A DNA stretch of 64,000 nt from Aurantimicrobium sp. (GTDB taxonomy: Bacteria > Actinomycetota > Actinomycetes > Actinomycetales > Microbacteriaceae): contig JAHEGZ010000007.1 in the NCBI GenBank assembly GCA_024644865.1, forward strand, positions 19,677 through 83,676. Reading direction: 5' to 3'. Every line of letters begins with the position of its first letter. Positions within the stretch are counted from its first letter, which is position 1. The translations under genes and the position numbers were made by a program. This document shows positions 1-7,809 of this stretch, one piece after another. The notes below the pieces were generated by a model, which worked only from the letters and a program-made list of their open reading frames with translations, had not been told where the DNA came from and did no database searches.

Positions 1-788
1 TGCTTGCGCAGCTTGGCCATGCGGGTGTTGATGCGACGGCGGTCGAGCTCAATCTTGGTCTCACCCGGACCACGAGAACCCATGCCCGCACCAGCGGCGC
101 CGACCTGCCCACCGGCCTGGCGAGACATCGACTCACCCCAACCGCGCAGACGCGGAAGGAGGTACTCGAGCTGTGCAAGTTCGACCTGCGCCTTGCCTTC
201 ACGACTCTTGGCGTGCTGGCTGAAAATGTCGAGAATCACTGCCGTGCGATCGATGACCTTGACCTTGACCGCGTCTTCGAGAGTTCGGCGTTGACTGGGT
301 GCGAGTTCCGTGTCGGCGATCACCGTGTCGGCCCCGACCTCCCACACAATGTTCTTGAGTTCTTCGACTTTTCCGCGGCCCAGGTAGGTGGCCGGGTCGG
401 GCAAGGGGCGCATTTGCATAACTCCATCGAGCACCTCGGCGCCGGCGGTCTCGGCGAGCGCAGCGAGTTCGCGCAACGAGTTCTCGCCATCAACGACGGC
501 ACCCTTGGGATAGACGCCAATGAGTACAACCTTCTCGAGGCGCAGTTGCCGGTATTCAACCTCGGTAACGTCTTCAAGCTCGGTCGATAGGCCGGCGACT
601 CGGCGCAGAGAAGCTCGCTCTTCGCGGTCGAACTGATCGCCATCCGTGTTTCGCACATCGTCGCGGTCGATCTCGCCGTTGTCAGCCAGCGCTTGCGCCT
701 TGCCACTTCTAAAAATCGAAACAGGCGCCTTTTCGCCAGCAGCGCGGGCCAGGATGCGGTCGACGATGTCGTCGGAGTCTTTTGTCAT
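1..788 (-). CDS. hflX: GTPase HflX, N-terminal part (3' end lies beyond the window edge)
   Basis: Open-ended ORF, so absent from the ORF track. My reverse-strand translation from ATG 788-786 reads MTKDSDDIVDRILARAAGEK...LEKVVLIGVYPKG...IADTELAPSQRRTLEDAVKVKVIDRTAVILDIFSQHAKSREGKAQVELAQLEYLLPRLRGWGESMSRQAGG...GPGETKIELDRRRI. This is the HflX N-domain and linker signature. Its position next to the dapF-miaA block fits actinobacterial synteny. Confidence 0.85.
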   Translation of the reverse strand, partial: MTKDSDDIVDRILARAAGEKAPVSIFRSGKAQALADNGEIDRDDVRNTDGDQFDREERASLRRVAGLSTELEDVTEVEYRQLRLEKVVLIGVYPKGAVVDGENSLRELAALAETAGAEVLDGVMQMRPLPDPATYLGRGKVEELKNIVWEVGADTVIADTELAPSQRRTLEDAVKVKVIDRTAVILDIFSQHAKSREGKAQVELAQLEYLLPRLRGWGESMSRQAGGQVGAAGAGMGSRGPGETKIELDRRRINTRMAKLRK

Positions 789-975
789 TGGTACTAAAGG
801 TAATGCCTCTGTCCACCGAGCACGCGGTTCAATGTCAGTCCACCGATGATAAAATGAGACCAAGTTCCAGAGTCACAGTGCCAAGTACCTAGCTTGCTGT
901 GCGGCAACCCGATCCATCGACCGGGTGCTCTAGGGGAAGAACCGGTCGCGAGTGTTCTCTCGCGGCAAGCTCGAT

Positions 976-1003
976 GGAGGTTTCGCACCTCCGCGAAGGA
1001 GGT
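976..1003 (+). promoter_or_regulatory. Decoy-SD / anti-SD / true-SD triple element in the leader of the 1012 ORF
   Basis: GGAGGT (976-981) ttcgc ACCTCC (987-992) gcgaa GGAGGT (998-1003), then 8 nt, then ATG 1012. The central hexamer is perfectly complementary to both flanking hexamers. A separate hairpin CGCGAG-tgttct-CTCGCG lies at 947-964. Confidence 0.4.
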
Positions 1004-1011
1004 CAGCACCC

Positions 1012-1419
1012 ATGCCCAACGACGAGTACTTTGAGGCCCGCTCTATTTGGGGCCTGATGCCGATTCAGGAACAGCTCAGTTGGACTCAGGTGTTCCTGGA
1101 CTACCCACCGCGCTTCCTTGGCGTGATTGGAATGCTCGCGACGCAGGCGCAGTTTGGTAATGGCAAGCCGACCATCCACAGTAGTTGGATTCGAGAGGCA
1201 GAGTCATTCTCACAAGCAGGTTTCAGCCCACTTCTCTACGCCTTCGTGCGCGAACGAACGAAGGTCGAAGCGAGGCCACTCAATGTGCTCACCTGGGAGG
1301 TCCTGCCACGAGCCCTGTCCGAAGGATGGCGCCTGTCCAAAGCCGTTGATCTGCTCAACGAGCAAGGTAGGCACGCACTTGAACGTCGACTCAGGGCTAC
1401 ACTTGGCGGGAATGGATGA
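1012..1419 (+). CDS. hypothetical protein (135 aa)
   Basis: ATG 1012 is preceded by GAAGGAGG (995-1002). The in-frame upstream extension to 952 has no SD. No recognisable motif, no TM segment. Confidence 0.5.
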   Translation: MPNDEYFEARSIWGLMPIQEQLSWTQVFLDYPPRFLGVIGMLATQAQFGNGKPTIHSSWIREAESFSQAGFSPLLYAFVRERTKVEARPLNVLTWEVLPRALSEGWRLSKAVDLLNEQGRHALERRLRATLGGNG

Positions 1420-1466
1420 CCCACCAATGGTGCATTCACGAAAACGAACACAAGGGGGAAATATCT

Positions 1467-2012
1467 ATGTCAGACGAGAAGAATGGGGCTGCTCCCGCAG
1501 CGCCTGCCGGATGGTACCCGGGAGAAGGCGACAACAACACAGAGCGTTACTGGGACGGCGTCGCCTGGACAGAAACTCGCATCCGCAAATCTAAGTCAAG
1601 CGGCAAGTTCGCGAGTCTGCTAAAAACGAGAAAAGGAAAAATTGCCGCAGGCGTAATCGGACTCGCGGCCGTTGCGGCAGTGGGCGTTGTAATCGTAGTT
1701 TCAACCTCAGGCCCCAATGTTCTCGAAAAAGCGCTCGCGACCTGTTCACTCACGGGTGCGGCCGGTGTTTCGCTTGGGGACGGCGGTAAGTCACTCACAG
1801 TAAATACAAAAGGCAACGACGACACGGACGGCGCAAGCATCGAGGACCTAACGTGTGTGCTCGGGGCGGTCGAAACGTCAGACAGTGTCATCGCGAGAAT
1901 GAATACAACTCGGGCCCTTGATGGTGTCCAACAAGGATCGTGGAAGAACTTAGAAGCGAGCTGGAGCTACCACCCGGATTCCGGCTTCAATCTTGTTCTA
2001 ACAGAGAAGTAG
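1467..2012 (+). CDS. DUF2510-type membrane protein
   Basis: ATG 1467 is preceded by AAGGGGGA. The N-terminus GWYPGEGDNNTERYWDGVAWTE matches the DUF2510 motif (GWYPDP..RYWDG..WT). One TM helix (IAAGVIGLAAVAAVGVVIVV) is followed by an extracytoplasmic domain of about 110 aa. Confidence 0.65.
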   Translation: MSDEKNGAAPAAPAGWYPGEGDNNTERYWDGVAWTETRIRKSKSSGKFASLLKTRKGKIAAGVIGLAAVAAVGVVIVVSTSGPNVLEKALATCSLTGAAGVSLGDGGKSLTVNTKGNDDTDGASIEDLTCVLGAVETSDSVIARMNTTRALDGVQQGSWKNLEASWSYHPDSGFNLVLTEK

Positions 2013-2046
2013 GCGTCGATAGGCGATTCTGCCCTACCCTCGAATC

Positions 2047-2676
2047 ATGAGTGATTCACCCAACGAGGCCGTTGAGCACTACTTCTCGGCGAACCCAGCG
2101 GGTGAGTTTCGCACCTTGGAGATTCAGGTCACCTTGGCCGGGCGAGACATTACCGTGGAGACTTCGGGCGGCATCTTCAGCCCGGATCACGTCGATGCTG
2201 GCACCGAAGCCCTTCTGATGCACGTTCCTGCTCCCCCCGAGCGGGGAAACCTGCTGGATATCGGTTGCGGATGGGGGCCGATTGCGCTCTCACTGGCCAT
2301 CGAGTCTCCTGAGGCAACGGTGTTTGCGGTCGATGTGAATGAACGCGCGATTGAATTGACCTCACGCAATGCTCGTCGAGTCGGGTTAACGAATGTCGTC
2401 ACAGGCAATGCTGAGGGCGTGCCCGAAAGTGTCACATTCGATGCGATTTGGTCAAACCCACCCATCCGAGTCGGCAAGGCCGAGCTTCACGCAATCATGC
2501 AGACCTGGATTCCCCGCCTCAATCCTGGCGCGAGCGCGTTCTTGGTGGTCGCTAAACACCTGGGTGCCGATTCGTTTGAGAAATGGCTCAGGACGGAATT
2601 CGGCAGCACACACGAAGTCACGCGCTCGGCCAATCACAAAGGTTTTCGAGTGCTCGAAGTGCGTAAAAGCAATTAA
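2047..2676 (+). CDS. class I SAM-dependent methyltransferase (RsmC/RsmD-like small-domain N-methyltransferase)
   Basis: 209 aa. LLDIGCGWGPI is SAM-binding motif I. WSNPPIRVGK is an NPP-type motif IV. Confidence 0.8.
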   Translation: MSDSPNEAVEHYFSANPAGEFRTLEIQVTLAGRDITVETSGGIFSPDHVDAGTEALLMHVPAPPERGNLLDIGCGWGPIALSLAIESPEATVFAVDVNERAIELTSRNARRVGLTNVVTGNAEGVPESVTFDAIWSNPPIRVGKAELHAIMQTWIPRLNPGASAFLVVAKHLGADSFEKWLRTEFGSTHEVTRSANHKGFRVLEVRKSN

Positions 2677-2796
2677 GCGCTTGCTGTACCACAACTGGTT
2701 CTGAGTTACACGCTGTGAGGAGCCTGAGCGGGCGTAGCATAAAAAGCGCCCACTAACGTGTTTCCCCCAACCTTGCGGTGCGGCCTGAGGACATCA

Positions 2797-3048
2797 ATGA
2801 GTATGCACCACAGCGGTATCTCGCCTACCCCCGGTAGACACAACGCGAACGATTCGTTGCGCGCTTTTGGCGAGCGCATCCGTGAGGTTCGCCTGATGCG
2901 AGGTCTTACTCAAATTGAGCTCGCACAGAATGCTGGCGTCGACCGCAAGACGATTAGCCGCATCGAGAACTCGAGATTCTCACCCTCGCTCATCAACGTG
3001 TATGCGATTGCAGACGCGCTAGAGATTGACCCGAAAGAACTGCTCTAG
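2797..3048 (+). CDS. XRE-family helix-turn-helix transcriptional regulator
   Basis: LRAFGERIREVRLMRGLTQIELAQNAGVDRKTISRIENSRFSPSLINVYAIADALEIDPKELL is a canonical HTH_3 domain. ATG 2797 has GAGGA 5 nt upstream; the longest ORF starts at 2758. Confidence 0.8.
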   Translation: MSMHHSGISPTPGRHNANDSLRAFGERIREVRLMRGLTQIELAQNAGVDRKTISRIENSRFSPSLINVYAIADALEIDPKELL

Positions 3049-4610
3049 AGCGTGCCGCTAGCGCCCGACTGTCCGCTCGGATCACTCGAGTCGTGGCGTT
3101 CGTCGATGACGGTCTCGATCGGGCCCGTGTCAGAGCGTGTGGGCAGCTCAGAACGGTGAGCCTCATATCCCACACGGGAACGTGCATCCCCGGGCAGAAG
3201 TTGAGCTGAAACCATGCGTGCCATGTTGTCTCGTCCGCCTGCCAAGAACAACGCGACAGCTTTTGCGCGGTAGTCGGATGCTCGCGCGGACTCGTCAGGT
3301 TCGGCATCGCAAATCTGAGCGAGGAGCAGGTGTGCCTCAGCATTCTCTTCGACGAAGCCGTAGAGGTCAGCGACATCAATGACGCGACGAGCAAGCCCTC
3401 GGGCTTGTTCCGTATGCCCCAGACCGAGTGCGATTTTGGCGACAACGTTCAAGTGAGCAACGCGCTTCTCGTAGTCTTCGCCCCATTCCTCGGGGAGCAT
3501 GCTGGCTAGAGCAGAGTTGGCCTGCTCAAACGCGTCGTTGGAAACGAAATACTCCGCCAGGCGCAGTCGAGCAATCCTGCGGTGAATAGGAAAGCCTTGC
3601 GCTTCACAACGTTCTACAACGGACCAGAGCAGCGCTTCGGCCTCGAAGTCTTTGCCCTCGGCAAAAAGGTTTCCGGCGACGTTGATGTCGCTCACAACGA
3701 GTCGGGCGTCGTTTCCGGTTGATTTGAAGTACGCACGAATGCGTCGTGCGATGTCGTCAGCCTCGGCAAACTCACCCAAGGCGCGAAGCGCATCAACAAT
3801 CAGGGCGTCAATGTCTGCCATGAGTTCGTAGTTATCAAGCTGTGCGTAATACACTCGTGCCTCGCGCAGCAATGGGAGGGCCTCTTGATAGCGGGCGGCC
3901 TCTTGAAGCGTCCAGCCGACACGATACTTGGAGAACATGACTCGCTCTGTCGCCTCGAGGAACTCAAAGAGATCGACGTTTTCACGCAAGTTTTCAAGTG
4001 CTTCGTCGACAAGCCCCATCTTGATCAGTGACTGTGCTAACCTGTCGCGCACTCGGCCAAAGCTCCAACTCTCTTCTTCGTCTTGGAACTCAGTAAGCGC
4101 ACTTGCGTAGGCCTCGCGCGCCTCGGCGTAACGGTTCAGACTCTCGAGCAATTCGCCCTTCTCAAAAAGAGCGCGCCCGGCTTTCGAGCCGGCGTCTCCT
4201 GACTTGTAGAGTCGGGATGCGCTGTCGAACATGTCTAGGGCATCGGCCTTCTTTCCCATCGCGCTCAAGGTCTGAGCGCACCAAAACTCCACGTCGGCCA
4301 ACCAGGTTTCTCGCGCCGAGACACGGTAAAGGTCCATCGCTGAACGGAGCACCCCGAGAGCCTCGCTATACCGGTCACCGTTGTACAGGCAGATGCCTTG
4401 GTGATACATGGCCATGCCGCGGTCAAGTTCGTTATCGGCAGCTACGAAGAGGTCGGCCTCGGCGGCATGGAACGCAGCCGCCTGATCGAACTCTTCGCGG
4501 TTGAAGGCGTAGTGAGCGAGCCCGCGCAATGCATCTGCGCGCTCTTGCACATCTACGCTCTTGGTTTTCTCCCAGAGCTCTGCTTCAGTCGGCATTTCTT
4601 CGTGATCCAT
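3045..4610 (-). CDS. tetratricopeptide-repeat protein, 521 aa, no other domain
   Basis: ATG 4610 is preceded by GGGGGAG. The protein is all-helical with many TPR-like units (EALGVLRSAMDLY, YAEAREAYASALTEF, YQEALPLLREARVYY, FEQANSALASML). No HTH, P-loop or TM segment is seen. Its stop codon overlaps the stop of the XRE gene (3045-3048). Confidence 0.7.
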   Translation of the reverse strand: MDHEEMPTEAELWEKTKSVDVQERADALRGLAHYAFNREEFDQAAAFHAAEADLFVAADNELDRGMAMYHQGICLYNGDRYSEALGVLRSAMDLYRVSARETWLADVEFWCAQTLSAMGKKADALDMFDSASRLYKSGDAGSKAGRALFEKGELLESLNRYAEAREAYASALTEFQDEEESWSFGRVRDRLAQSLIKMGLVDEALENLRENVDLFEFLEATERVMFSKYRVGWTLQEAARYQEALPLLREARVYYAQLDNYELMADIDALIVDALRALGEFAEADDIARRIRAYFKSTGNDARLVVSDINVAGNLFAEGKDFEAEALLWSVVERCEAQGFPIHRRIARLRLAEYFVSNDAFEQANSALASMLPEEWGEDYEKRVAHLNVVAKIALGLGHTEQARGLARRVIDVADLYGFVEENAEAHLLLAQICDAEPDESARASDYRAKAVALFLAGGRDNMARMVSAQLLPGDARSRVGYEAHRSELPTRSDTGPIETVIDERHDSSDPSGQSGASGTL

Positions 4611-4811
4611 GGCACTCCCCCAATTCGCAAGCGGACATTCAGTGTCCACCCACCGACCGACAGTGAAGCACTGCGACACCCCTCACGAGGACGACTTTCA
4701 CCGTGGGCGAACAAGTGTCAGACGTCGAAGCTACCCTTACGCGTGAGCCAAGTATCATTGGGACAATCGTGGTCTATGGCTCTTGGCTCAGTCCACGAAA
4801 ATGGGGGAAAA

Positions 4812-5729
4812 ATGTATCGAGCGATTGCCGCCAATAAGCGAACAACGATTCTGCTGATTGTGGGCTATGTCTTTTTGGTCGTGGGTCTAGGGACTTGGGC
4901 ATCACTGGCCTTGAACTCCCCGTGGCCGGCCATCATCATCATCGGTATCGCGGCGGCCTGGGTCAGCGTTTCTCTTGCCAAAGGCGTGAAACTCGCTCAG
5001 TACCTTGCCGATTGGACACCTGTTTCGCGGGCCGACGAGAGAGACCTGTATGTGACGGTAGAAAACCTCGCGATTCGAAACGGGATGCCAATGCCGATCG
5101 TGTGCATATCCGACGAACCGGACATCAATGCGTTCGCCGTCGGCATGAGCCCGAAGAAGGCGATTGTGGGCATCACGACCGGGGCGCTTGCAACCCTCGA
5201 CGGCACCGAACTTGAAGCAGTTATGTCCCACGAGATGAGCCACATCAAGAACTACGACACTCGAGTAAAAATGGTCATCATTGCACTGATTGGATCGATG
5301 TCGTTTCTTGCCATGTTGTGTTGGGCTTTTGTGATCGCAGCCCTGTCGGGCGAACAAAATGAGCGAAGAAAGGGAGATGACAACAGCGCTGCCCTCATGG
5401 TTGCCGTAGCAGTTGTTGCTGTCATCCCAGCCATCATTTTCTCGATATTGGCGTGGGTACTCGGACCCCTATTCAGTGCAGCCATTTCACGTCAGCGAGA
5501 ATACTTGGCTGATGCCACCGGAGTGGAGATGACTCGTTACCCGGACGGCATGATTAGCATGCTCCGTAAGATACAAGCCCAAGAAAAAGGAATCGCAGCA
5601 CACGGCATGGCCATCGGCGCCCTCTACTTGCACAATGAAAGTCGGGGACTCAAGGATTTGTTCTCAGCGACTCATCCACCCACTCAAAAACGCATCGATC
5701 GCGTTCAAGAGCTGTCCCGGTCGATCTAA
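4812..5729 (+). CDS. htpX: M48-family zinc metalloprotease, HtpX-like
   Basis: ATG 4812 is preceded by GGGGGAAAA. Two N-terminal TM helices, the HEMSHIKNYD zinc motif (HExxH), two more TM helices, and a downstream REYLADATG glutamate. The ORF-track entry 4398-5729 is an unstopped upstream extension. Confidence 0.85.
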   Translation: MYRAIAANKRTTILLIVGYVFLVVGLGTWASLALNSPWPAIIIIGIAAAWVSVSLAKGVKLAQYLADWTPVSRADERDLYVTVENLAIRNGMPMPIVCISDEPDINAFAVGMSPKKAIVGITTGALATLDGTELEAVMSHEMSHIKNYDTRVKMVIIALIGSMSFLAMLCWAFVIAALSGEQNERRKGDDNSAALMVAVAVVAVIPAIIFSILAWVLGPLFSAAISRQREYLADATGVEMTRYPDGMISMLRKIQAQEKGIAAHGMAIGALYLHNESRGLKDLFSATHPPTQKRIDRVQELSRSI

Positions 5730-6550
5730 TTACTAAAGGGGCAACCGGGCCCAGCTGGGAACAAGTGACCGCACGCGTTGTTGAGGCGCATCACCTGAAC
5801 CATCCCGTTGGCATCCTGAAGAGTTCCCGTTCCGGAATCCTTTAGCTGACCGCTTGACACTACGCCGAGCACTCGGCCGAAGTTGTCGACCAGCGGTCCA
5901 CCGGAGTTACCCTCGTTGGCCGCAGCGTCGGTTTCGTAATACTTCTCGTGAACTGCCGAGACAATCCCGAATGTGGCATAGTTTTCACGCCCGAGCGGGT
6001 TACCGACGATGATCGCCCAGCCACCAATGCGCGCCTGCGGCGCTGGCTCGAGGGCTGGGAACTCAGCGGTGAGGTCAATCCGCGCCATGTCTACTCGGTT
6101 TTCAGGGTCGCTTCCCTTCCAAACCTTTGGATCTTTTGCAACGAGCGTGCCCTGATATTTGCGGCCTTGATACTCAACGTCTACCTTTGTTGCCTCGTCG
6201 CAGCCATCAAAAACGTGTGCGGCCGAAATCACGATGGTCTTTACCCCATCCGGTTTCGGGATATCAACAGCAACTCCCGTTCCCATGAAGTCGCCGCAGT
6301 AGACCACAAATGTTGATTTCGAGACCTTTTCAACAACATCGGGGACATTCGGTTGAGCCTGCCAAACCAGGAAGCCCTGCCAACTTCCCAGGGCAATCAC
6401 GGCAACTAAACCGAGGGTGGTGAGCCCGAAGACCCATCGAGAAACTGAGCGTCGATGCCACCTATGAACGTCAACCCGTTCACTGCTGGAAATGTCGGCC
6501 CAGTAACCGTCTGTGTCCAAGCTGTTCCGAAGAATGCGTCTTTTACCCAT
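5726..6550 (-). CDS. membrane-anchored trypsin-like (S1/PA clan) serine protease
   Basis: SD GAGGAAAG lies 6 nt before ATG 6550. N-terminal TM anchor WVFGLTTLGLVAVIALG. Triad candidates are SAAHVF (His), DMARIDL (Asp) and GNSGGPLVD (Ser). Confidence 0.8.
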   Translation of the reverse strand: MGKRRILRNSLDTDGYWADISSSERVDVHRWHRRSVSRWVFGLTTLGLVAVIALGSWQGFLVWQAQPNVPDVVEKVSKSTFVVYCGDFMGTGVAVDIPKPDGVKTIVISAAHVFDGCDEATKVDVEYQGRKYQGTLVAKDPKVWKGSDPENRVDMARIDLTAEFPALEPAPQARIGGWAIIVGNPLGRENYATFGIVSAVHEKYYETDAAANEGNSGGPLVDNFGRVLGVVSSGQLKDSGTGTLQDANGMVQVMRLNNACGHLFPAGPGCPFSN

Positions 6551-6573
6551 GATCTACTTTCCTCAATTGCCTG

Positions 6574-7809
6574 TCACTGCGAAACCATGACGATTCGGTT
6601 TTTCTTACCTCGCGCCTCGACGTACTTTCCGTTTTGGTCCCAATCGTTGTAAGGACCTTTTCCGCCGCCGACGCAAACGATCTTCGACTTAACACCGGCT
6701 TGCTTGAGAACCCCGGCGAAGGCCTGCGCGCGGGCAAGACTGAGATGTGCATCCGCGGCGTTACCGAATTTGTACTGGGCTTTATCAACACCGGACGCGA
6801 CAAATCCCGTGATGGACATCACCCCGGTGCAGTCTGGCTTCAAGGCGATTTGTGCCGCAATTTTCTTTGCACTTGCAGCCGCTGCGCCTGCGTCAATAAA
6901 GGTTGCCGTATTGGGAGCGAATCGCGCGCCATCATCTTCGGTGATTACTGCAGAAAGACAGGGATCTGGCAATGCTTTAGCCGCTGTGACCGGGATTGAG
7001 CCCTTCGCTGGCTGAGTATCCGTTACCTCACGCTGGATGGTTCCAACGTGGCCATTTGATGCCTCGACGATGCCCGTCCAGAAAGACTCCAGACTGTCGA
7101 TGCTCTGTTGGTTGAGTGACGGGGCTGACTTACTGACATGGCCGAGTCCGATGAAATCTACGGTGGCCCCTTTGAGGTCGGGTAATCCTCCGTTGGCTTT
7201 TAGCTGTGCCACGACTCCGTTAACCGTGTTCAGAGGCGGTATGCCGTCTTTTTGCATTGGCCAGGGGGCAGTGGTTTGCAGTGCATTCGATAAGACGACG
7301 ATGTGCTTTGTCGAACCGGCATTGTTAGCGTCGAACGAATCGGCGGCCACTCGAAGACCCTTGAGCACATCAAGCTCGGGGTCAATGGTAACTGACGGGT
7401 CAACTGTGACCGACGGATCACCAATTGCACAGTCATAGACATCCTCGGTGCGGTTGATGGCATAGGTCTGGTCGTTTTCGACATCGACAGAAGGCTGGTT
7501 GCCGTCGATGTCCGTGTATGTGGCAACTCCGGGAGTCCCGTCTGCCAAGACGACAGAAAGCCTGCTCCCGCCGTGGCCCATGGCTGCCTGCACGTTCGGC
7601 GTAATGGCCGGAATGAGATCTCGGAAGTTAACAAAGCTGGTCGTTGGAGCGATGACCAGTGCTACTTCGTTCTTCTTAGCGGCGTCATTGGCATCAGCCG
7701 AGAGTAGCTCTTGGCACTTGGGCGGAGTTGGCGGCACACAGGCAGTCAGCCCAACGGCAGCAATACCAACGAGAGTTGCAAGGGTGAGGCCCCTGATGAC
7801 CTTATGCAT
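6574..7809 (-). CDS. lipoprotein with C-terminal OmpA-like peptidoglycan-binding domain and a possible degenerate vWA-like middle domain
   Basis: Start MHKVIRGLTLATLVGIAAVGLTAC carries a signal peptide plus lipobox (LTAC). The C-terminus ARFAPNTATFID...ITGFVASG...LSLARAQAFAGVLKQAGV...NRIVMV follows the OmpA_C pattern. The middle has alternating beta-alpha elements (VALVIAPTTS, HIVVLSNALQT, VDFIGLG) without an intact DxSxS MIDAS motif. ATG 7809 overlaps the upstream stop by 8 nt (ATGCATAA). Confidence 0.65.
   Translation of the reverse strand: MHKVIRGLTLATLVGIAAVGLTACVPPTPPKCQELLSADANDAAKKNEVALVIAPTTSFVNFRDLIPAITPNVQAAMGHGGSRLSVVLADGTPGVATYTDIDGNQPSVDVENDQTYAINRTEDVYDCAIGDPSVTVDPSVTIDPELDVLKGLRVAADSFDANNAGSTKHIVVLSNALQTTAPWPMQKDGIPPLNTVNGVVAQLKANGGLPDLKGATVDFIGLGHVSKSAPSLNQQSIDSLESFWTGIVEASNGHVGTIQREVTDTQPAKGSIPVTAAKALPDPCLSAVITEDDGARFAPNTATFIDAGAAAASAKKIAAQIALKPDCTGVMSITGFVASGVDKAQYKFGNAADAHLSLARAQAFAGVLKQAGVKSKIVCVGGGKGPYNDWDQNGKYVEARGKKNRIVMVSQ

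Noticed and set aside
2797-4610. RNPP-type (Rap/NprR/PlcR) quorum-sensing module inferred from HTH plus TPR content.
   Set aside because: The HTH and TPR parts are separate, convergently transcribed genes rather than one fused protein. No adjacent small secreted-peptide ORF is visible. RNPP systems are a Firmicutes feature. It is kept only as a loose analogy.
4398-4811. N-terminal 138-aa extension of the HtpX ORF (track entry 4398-5729). Similar upstream extensions occur at 41354-41578 (ligU), 61172-61267 (cupin), 61717-61824 (VOC), 22103-21977 (GH13 B), 27159-27031 (SBP), 28364-28275 (LacI) and 25711-25637 (permease).
   Set aside because: The extensions overlap neighbouring genes or promoters and lack SD sequences. 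Internal starts have good SDs and give N-termini typical of the families.
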